This document shows positions 58,080 to 64,000 of a DNA stretch of 64,000 nt, piece by piece. The notes beneath the pieces are model-generated. The model was not told the DNA's origin and ran no database searches. It saw only the letters and a list, made by a program, of their open reading frames with translations. The DNA is taken from positions 1,696,001 to 1,760,000 of the forward strand of contig OZ242311.1 of the NCBI GenBank assembly GCA_965207885.1, in the 5' to 3' direction. Position 1 is the stretch's first letter. The number at the start of each line of letters is the position of its first letter. Source of the DNA: Candidatus Latescibacterota bacterium. Lineage in GTDB: Bacteria; Latescibacterota; UBA2968. The position numbers were made by a program, and so were the translations under genes.

Positions 58080-58177
58080 GGTCAGCAGTCAGCTATCAGC
58101 AGTCAGCAAAACAAGCAGCTTTTGATCTGGGGTGGATGGGTTAGGTGCTGAAAGCTGATGGCTGATAGCTAATTGCT
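58080..58177. repeat. Inverted arrays of heptamer repeats
   Basis: (NNTCAGC)x4 at 58080-58107 and about four GCTGANN units at 58147-58174. Confidence 0.75.
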
Positions 58178-58231
58178 TGTTGAATGAATAGCCATCCATG
58201 ACCTCTGTCAACCCCATTCTGGAGGTAAAAA

Positions 58232-59251
58232 ATGAAAGTAGCTGCAATATTTGGTGAACGCAAAGGCGGCGTAATAGACGTACCAGATCCAAAGCCAAAA
58301 GACAACTGGGTACTGGTAAAAATTCACGCCGCACCGATGTGTACAGAATACAAGGGATTTACAGGCGGCAGAAAAACCACCTCTCTGGGACACGAAGCAG
58401 CCGGCGAAGTCGTTGAAATCGCCCAACCCGGGCGCGTATCAGTCGGCGACCGCGTAGCCGTCATGCCCCAATATCCGTGTGGTACATGCCCATTGTGTGT
58501 CAGCGGCGATTACATCCACTGTCAACAAAGCGCCAACTTTGCCGAATTCACGGGCGGAGAAGAAGGCCGAGCCACCATGGCACAATACCTCTTAAAACCC
58601 GACTGGCTACTCCCAAAAATTCCCGACGACGTCTCTTATGAACACGGCGGAATGGCCTGCTGCGGTCTGGGACCCACATTCGGCGCAATACAGCGCATGC
58701 AAGTAAATGCCTATGACACATTCATGGTCACCGGCCTTGGTCCCGTGGGACTTGGAGGCGTAATCAACGGCAAACACCTGGGCGCGCGCGTAATAGCCGT
58801 AGATATCAACCCCTATCGGCGCGAAAAAGCCCTCGAACTGGGCGCAGACGAAGCAATCGACCCACTCGAAGAAAACGCCCTGCAACAAATAATGGACCTC
58901 ACCAACGGCGTTGGTGTAGATGCCGCCGTAGATTGCTCGGGTGCCGTATCTGCACACCGGTTGTGCATCGACGCTGCGCGACGGCGCGGACAGGTGGCAT
59001 TCGTGGGCGAATGCGGAGAAGACACCCCCTTGCGAATCAGCCAGGACATGATCCGAAAAGGCATCACACTCATCGGCTCATGGCATTACAACTTAAAAGA
59101 CGTACCAAAACTCATGCAAGTCGTCCGCGCAAACACAGACAAATTGGATCGGATGATCTCACACACATTCTCACTCGAAGACGTACAAAAAGCCTGGGAA
59201 TTGCAAACCACAGGCGCGTGTGCAAAAGTCGTATTGAAACCGTGGGCGTGA
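58232..59251 (+). CDS. Zinc-binding (MDR) dehydrogenase
   Basis: GHEAAG, C..C..C.......C, GLGPVGL. Confidence 0.92.
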   Translation: MKVAAIFGERKGGVIDVPDPKPKDNWVLVKIHAAPMCTEYKGFTGGRKTTSLGHEAAGEVVEIAQPGRVSVGDRVAVMPQYPCGTCPLCVSGDYIHCQQSANFAEFTGGEEGRATMAQYLLKPDWLLPKIPDDVSYEHGGMACCGLGPTFGAIQRMQVNAYDTFMVTGLGPVGLGGVINGKHLGARVIAVDINPYRREKALELGADEAIDPLEENALQQIMDLTNGVGVDAAVDCSGAVSAHRLCIDAARRRGQVAFVGECGEDTPLRISQDMIRKGITLIGSWHYNLKDVPKLMQVVRANTDKLDRMISHTFSLEDVQKAWELQTTGACAKVVLKPWA

Positions 59252-59266
59252 AGGAGGAAGAACGCA

Positions 59267-60289
59267 ATGCTTAAATGTGCAATAATCGGCGTAAGCGGCG
59301 GACGCGCGCGGGGATTGGCAGAAGCGTATCAACACGTAACACACGGCAAACTCGCTGCAATCTCCACCCGAACAGAAGAAAACCTGCACGCATTTGGCGA
59401 TACATTTGACGTCAATACGCGATATTTGGACTATCGGGAAATGTTTGAAAAAGAACAACCGGACCTGGTACACGTAAATACCCCGCCCAGTGTGCGACTG
59501 GAAGTATTCGAAGCCGCGGAAAACGCCGGTGTACCCGCTGTCCTCGTGGAAAAACCCATAGCAATTCAGGGAGAGGATTGGCGTGCAATCAAAAACTTTG
59601 CAACAACTGCAAAAACCAAAATCGCGGTAAATCACCAGCTCCACTTTCACCCGCGCAGGCAACAATTGCAAAATATCGTACAGGAAGGAAAAATCGGCGA
59701 CATCCGATTTATCGAAGCGAGCTGCGGCATGAACCTGGCGTATCAGGGCACCCATGCACTACAAGCCATCGCCGCCTTTCATCCAGACGGCCTCCCCACA
59801 AAAGTAATGGGACAAGCCTCTGGCACAGACGGCCTGGAAGACACACCAAAAAAACACTTCGCGCCCGACCAGTGCATCGGAGCAATAGAATATGCCGATG
59901 GCCTGCGCGCCCAACTCATATCGGGACCATTTGCCCCCCGCGTAACAAATGAAGACCGCACCAATGTCCACAAGCGCATCGCCGCCTATGGCACGCGGGG
60001 ATATGTACACTGGACCATGTGGTCGTGGGAAACAGGTATCGATGGCCACATTGAGCGGGGCACGCACGAATACCCGGACGAAGACATACTCGGACAAGCC
60101 GCCATGACAGACGCCATGCTACAATGGATAGAAAACGACGCAAAGGTCCACCCTCTGAACCTGGACCTCGCCTTGCGCGACTTCAACATCATCCTGGGAA
60201 TCTACACAAGCGCGTTGGAACATCGGCCCGTAGAACTGCCCTTCAACCCAGCGGATAATCTGATAGATGCCTTGAGAACGCGCCTTTAG
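59267..60289 (+). CDS. Gfo/Idh/MocA oxidoreductase
   Basis: YLDYREM....PD, VEKPIA, QGTH. Confidence 0.85.
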   Translation: MLKCAIIGVSGGRARGLAEAYQHVTHGKLAAISTRTEENLHAFGDTFDVNTRYLDYREMFEKEQPDLVHVNTPPSVRLEVFEAAENAGVPAVLVEKPIAIQGEDWRAIKNFATTAKTKIAVNHQLHFHPRRQQLQNIVQEGKIGDIRFIEASCGMNLAYQGTHALQAIAAFHPDGLPTKVMGQASGTDGLEDTPKKHFAPDQCIGAIEYADGLRAQLISGPFAPRVTNEDRTNVHKRIAAYGTRGYVHWTMWSWETGIDGHIERGTHEYPDEDILGQAAMTDAMLQWIENDAKVHPLNLDLALRDFNIILGIYTSALEHRPVELPFNPADNLIDALRTRL

Positions 60290-60295
60290 AACTTC

Positions 60296-61303
60296 TCAAT
60301 CCCAGGTATAGTCCGTCGCGCCTTCTTCACACGCAAAAGCCGACTCGATCATCGCATTCAAATCGCCTTGCGGACGATAATCAATCAAACTCTTGGCCTT
60401 GCCAATGGCATGGTCATACATGTACTGGAGGGGAACTCTGACCTCAAGCGGCTCAACCCCTCTTCTTTCTCCAATCAACCGCGCCCCTTCGGTAAAAGGA
60501 AATGGCTCTGGCGCGCCGGCATTGAACGACTCGCCCAGCGCCGCGCCAGAGTTCATCGCGCAAACCAGACAATGGGCAATATCGCGGGCATCCTGCGGTT
60601 GATAAAGCCAGGGGCGTCCATCCTCATCCGTAATACTACACGGTTGCTGCGGAGACGCCGCCTTCGCTTCAATATCGTGCCACAGTTCCGTACCATCGGC
60701 CATATAGAGTTCCGTACCGGGTCTTTCCTGGCTTTTCTTCAACAAATTGACCACGCGCGCCACGCTGAACTGATTCAAAATTTTAGTCCCGGACAAAACG
60801 TGACTCGGGCGCACAATAGAATAGCGTAAACCCGTCTCTCGATTCGCGCGTTCTGCCATCACCTCACCAAAATACTTGGACATAGAATACTCGCCATCCG
60901 GCCGTTTGGGATGCAATTCATCCACCGGATGATAAGCACACGGAACATTTTCGCCATTATTGGGAAACACACCCGAAGAACTGGTATAAACATAGCGTTC
61001 GAGCCGATCGGCAACGCCCTCACACGCGCGTGTAACCTGGAGATTGATCTGGTTATTAAGTTCAAAATGCGGACCGACGAGATTGGCGGTATGAATAACC
61101 GCATCCACGCCCTCGACGGCATCTTTAACATAAGATAAATCCGTCAAATCTCCCTCGCGCAACTCAATATCGACACCATCGAGACGGCTGCGCGCGGGAT
61201 CGTCGGAAAGAATGGTCCCACGAACTTCACAATTTTGGTCGAGCAACTGGCGCACCAGCCGGCAACCAACCTGTCCGGCGGCGCCTGTAACGAGAACCTT
61301 CAT
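60296..61303 (-). CDS. NAD-dependent epimerase/dehydratase
   Basis: VTGAAGQVG, YSMSK. Confidence 0.88.
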   Translation of the reverse strand: MKVLVTGAAGQVGCRLVRQLLDQNCEVRGTILSDDPARSRLDGVDIELREGDLTDLSYVKDAVEGVDAVIHTANLVGPHFELNNQINLQVTRACEGVADRLERYVYTSSSGVFPNNGENVPCAYHPVDELHPKRPDGEYSMSKYFGEVMAERANRETGLRYSIVRPSHVLSGTKILNQFSVARVVNLLKKSQERPGTELYMADGTELWHDIEAKAASPQQPCSITDEDGRPWLYQPQDARDIAHCLVCAMNSGAALGESFNAGAPEPFPFTEGARLIGERRGVEPLEVRVPLQYMYDHAIGKAKSLIDYRPQGDLNAMIESAFACEEGATDYTWD

Positions 61304-61330
61304 AAAATCTCCTTTTGATTTTTTGATCTA

Positions 61331-62134
61331 CTACATAGAACCCCTTGTTTGATACGCATCTGCCCTTGCTTGCCGCGCCGTCTGTTTGTTCTTTTGCCAA
61401 TATGCATCAACGGGCTTATCGCGCGTCTGGGGTGGCGTCCTGAACGTAAGCGTATAAGCCCTCCGCGGAACATCTGTGCGATTTGGCTCTGCGTAGTGAA
61501 GCATATAACACGCGTGAAGCGAAGCCCCGCCAGCCGCAACAGGGCAAGGAACCGCCCGCGCGGTGTACTGTTCGGGATCATCAACCTCAAGACCGTGAAT
61601 GCGCGGATCCCGGTTAATACTGTGATGCGGCAAAACATCGAGCTTGTGGCTACCCGGAATAAACTGCAAACAGCCGGATTCCACCGTCGCATCGTCCAGT
61701 GGCATCCAAAAATTTACACCTTTGTACGCCATCGCAGGATCGTGATACGCCTGATCTTGATGCCATGGCGTTGGCGCACCAATACGCGGCGGCTTGTAAA
61801 TCATGTGTTCGCCATTCCTATCGAGCATATCAGAACCCAGCAACTGCCGCGCAATCGCCCGCGCATTAGCCAGATAGAGCGTATCCTTCAGTTCGGGCGC
61901 AAAACGGCTGGGACCGAGCATTTGCGGAAGACGTGGTTGATCATCCTCATCTGTACCCGCCAGATCAAACTGACTCCCCTGATCCCACCCCGTGCGATCC
62001 GAAAAAAGCCGATCGTAAATTTTCCGAAGCTGTTCCACCACCTCCTCCGTCGTAATCGCATTGAGAACGAGGAACCCATCCTCGTGAAATGAATAAATTT
62101 GTTCCTGTGAAAGAGAAATTGTTGGCTCTATCAT
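61331..62134 (-). CDS. PhyH family dioxygenase
   Basis: F.EDGFL, KPP...TPWHQD, GCL.FIPGSH, LHY..PN. Confidence 0.9.
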   Translation of the reverse strand: MIEPTISLSQEQIYSFHEDGFLVLNAITTEEVVEQLRKIYDRLFSDRTGWDQGSQFDLAGTDEDDQPRLPQMLGPSRFAPELKDTLYLANARAIARQLLGSDMLDRNGEHMIYKPPRIGAPTPWHQDQAYHDPAMAYKGVNFWMPLDDATVESGCLQFIPGSHKLDVLPHHSINRDPRIHGLEVDDPEQYTARAVPCPVAAGGASLHACYMLHYAEPNRTDVPRRAYTLTFRTPPQTRDKPVDAYWQKNKQTARQARADAYQTRGSM

Positions 62135-62287
62135 CTGCGGCCTCCTCGCTATTGTTTGTGCGATGCAGAATAATGTCAACAAGCCGATCCGTCAAGCGAT
62201 TCTAATTATCAGCGCGGAACACTTGCTAAGAAACAATTTTAAAGGTAAATTATCTCCTGAACGAACCAAAATAGAAAAGGAACATAT

Positions 62288-63760
62288 ATGCGCATCTTAT
62301 ACCTCGATCTCGACGCCTTAAATCCCACACACCTGGGCTGTTACGGATATCACCGCAACACATCGCCAACAATTGACAAAATAGCAGCCGAAGGCATTCG
62401 ATTTAACCAGGTCTATACAACAGACGCGCCCTGCTTGCCATCGCGCACGGCATTTTACTCCGGGCAATTTGGCATTCATTCGGGCGTCGTAGGACACGGC
62501 GGCACCGCATCAGAGCGGCGAATAAATGGACCAAACCGCGGATTTCGAGATCGACTGGCAAACGAGGGACTGGCCGGATTCCTGCAGCGTCGGGGCTTAA
62601 AAACATCCATGATCAGCCCCTTTGGACAGCGGCATGCCGCGTGGCATTTTTACGCGGGCTTCAACGAAATACACAACACCGGCAAAGGCGGCATGGAATC
62701 AGCCGAAGAAGTAACACCCGTAGTCGAAAAATGGCTGAATGACAATGCCGCGGACGACAACTGGTTTTTGCACATCAACTACTGGGATGTACACACCCCC
62801 TATCGCGCGCCAGCAGAATACGGCGAACCCTTTGCCGATGATCCTCTCCCAGCCTGGCTAACACCCGAATTGCTGGAAGAACACAAAAAACTCGTCGGCC
62901 CCCACACCGCGCAGGACATCATGATGTGGAACGACCGTCCCATTCCCCGCTTTCCCCGGCACCCCGGGCGCCTGGACAACATGGACGACCTGCGGCGAAT
63001 GATCGACGGATACGACACCGCAATCCGGTACGTAGATGATCAAATTGCCATCATTGTGGGCATATTGGAAAACAAAGGCGTACTGGACGACACTGCGATC
63101 ATCATCAGCGCAGATCACGGCGAAAACATGGGCGAACTCGGCATATACGGCGAACATGGAACAGCCGATCAGGCGACCTGCCATATACCGATGATCGTAA
63201 AATGGCCCGGCGGGCAGTCTGGAATCACAGACGAGGGCCTGCATTACAATATTGATTTAGCGCCCACACTATCCGATCTTTTAGGCGGGCAAAAACAGGC
63301 GTTGTGGGATGGCGAAAGTTACGCCCCTGTCATCACCGAAGGTACAGATGCCGGGCGCAGCGAATTGATCCTGAGCCAGTGCGCGCACGTATGCCAGCGG
63401 GCTGTCCGCTTTGACGACTGGATTTACATCCGCACCTATCACGATGGATATCGGCTCTACCCACGCGAACTGCTATTTAACCTATCAGACGACCCCTGGG
63501 AAATGCGCGACGTAGCGGCTGAAAATCCCGATATATGCCGAGAAGCTGCGTATCGCCTCATGAACTGGCACGACCACATGATGGAAACCATGCCGCGACC
63601 CTACGACAACGATCCCCTCTGGACAGTCATGCAAGAAGGCGGACCAATGCACACCTGGGGAGCTTTCGAAGACTATTGCGATCGCCTTGCAGAAACCGAC
63701 CGTGCAGAAGGCGCGGTTTTACTGCGCAAAAAATTTGGAAACAAATACCGCCATCCATAA
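62288..63760 (+). CDS. Sulfatase
   Basis: HLGCYGY.RNTSP.ID, CLPSR (CxPxR), SADHGE. Confidence 0.92.
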   Translation: MRILYLDLDALNPTHLGCYGYHRNTSPTIDKIAAEGIRFNQVYTTDAPCLPSRTAFYSGQFGIHSGVVGHGGTASERRINGPNRGFRDRLANEGLAGFLQRRGLKTSMISPFGQRHAAWHFYAGFNEIHNTGKGGMESAEEVTPVVEKWLNDNAADDNWFLHINYWDVHTPYRAPAEYGEPFADDPLPAWLTPELLEEHKKLVGPHTAQDIMMWNDRPIPRFPRHPGRLDNMDDLRRMIDGYDTAIRYVDDQIAIIVGILENKGVLDDTAIIISADHGENMGELGIYGEHGTADQATCHIPMIVKWPGGQSGITDEGLHYNIDLAPTLSDLLGGQKQALWDGESYAPVITEGTDAGRSELILSQCAHVCQRAVRFDDWIYIRTYHDGYRLYPRELLFNLSDDPWEMRDVAAENPDICREAAYRLMNWHDHMMETMPRPYDNDPLWTVMQEGGPMHTWGAFEDYCDRLAETDRAEGAVLLRKKFGNKYRHP

Positions 63761-63776
63761 AAGTAAGGAGTAAACC

Positions 63777-64000
63777 ATGCTCACCCAGAAACAAATCGCG
63801 TTTTATCACGAACACGGATATCTCGGTGTGGAGAACGTGCTCAGTGAAGACGAGGTCAATAACCTGCGTCGGACAACCGATGAATATGTGGAAAAATCGC
63901 GGGAGGTCACCGAACACACCGAAGTATTCGACCTCGAACCCGGGCACACGCCCGAAAACCCAAAACTGAGACGCCTGAAAAGTCCGATCCTGCTCCATGA
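63777..64000 (+). CDS. PhyH family dioxygenase, partial (runs off the right edge)
   Basis: AAGGAG RBS; MLTQKQIAFYHEHGYL.VE.VL...FDLEPGH. Confidence 0.75.
   Translation, partial: MLTQKQIAFYHEHGYLGVENVLSEDEVNNLRRTTDEYVEKSREVTEHTEVFDLEPGHTPENPKLRRLKSPILLH

Noticed and set aside
1-64000. CRISPR array or cas genes
   Set aside because: No regularly spaced 25-45 bp repeats with unique spacers; the repeats seen are dispersed palindromes or short tandems

Overview
Bacterial chromosomal window of moderate GC. The gene content (GWxTD protein, many PhyH dioxygenases, Gfo/Idh/MocA oxidoreductases, sulfatases, many toxin-antitoxin pairs) resembles Latescibacterota/Gemmatimonadota/Poribacteria-type genomes; this taxonomy is inference. 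1-29.7 kb is mostly housekeeping (topA, xerC, PTS IIA, hflX, aceE-aceF-lpdA, ilvD, uridine kinase) with three inserted TA modules. 30.2-44.5 kb is a co-oriented, partly AT-rich defence island ending next to the 3' end of tRNA-Glu(CTC). It holds a type I R-M locus (hsdR...hsdS-hsdM) with an ApeA-like HEPN gene between R and S and an IS5-family element splitting hsdM. It also holds a CBASS-like pair (cGAS/DncV-like nucleotidyltransferase plus stand-alone E2) with no recognisable canonical effector but a downstream unknown 3-TM protein, an HTH-IrrE fusion, a Panacea (DUF4065) TA pair and several eroded TA modules. 44.7-64 kb holds tRNA-Arg(ACG) and a long oxidoreductase/dioxygenase/sulfatase cluster. 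Several small palindromic repeat families lie in intergenic gaps. Best candidate for a new system: CD-NTase + E2 + 3-TM protein (39687-41901). All family calls come from motifs read by eye; no searches were run.
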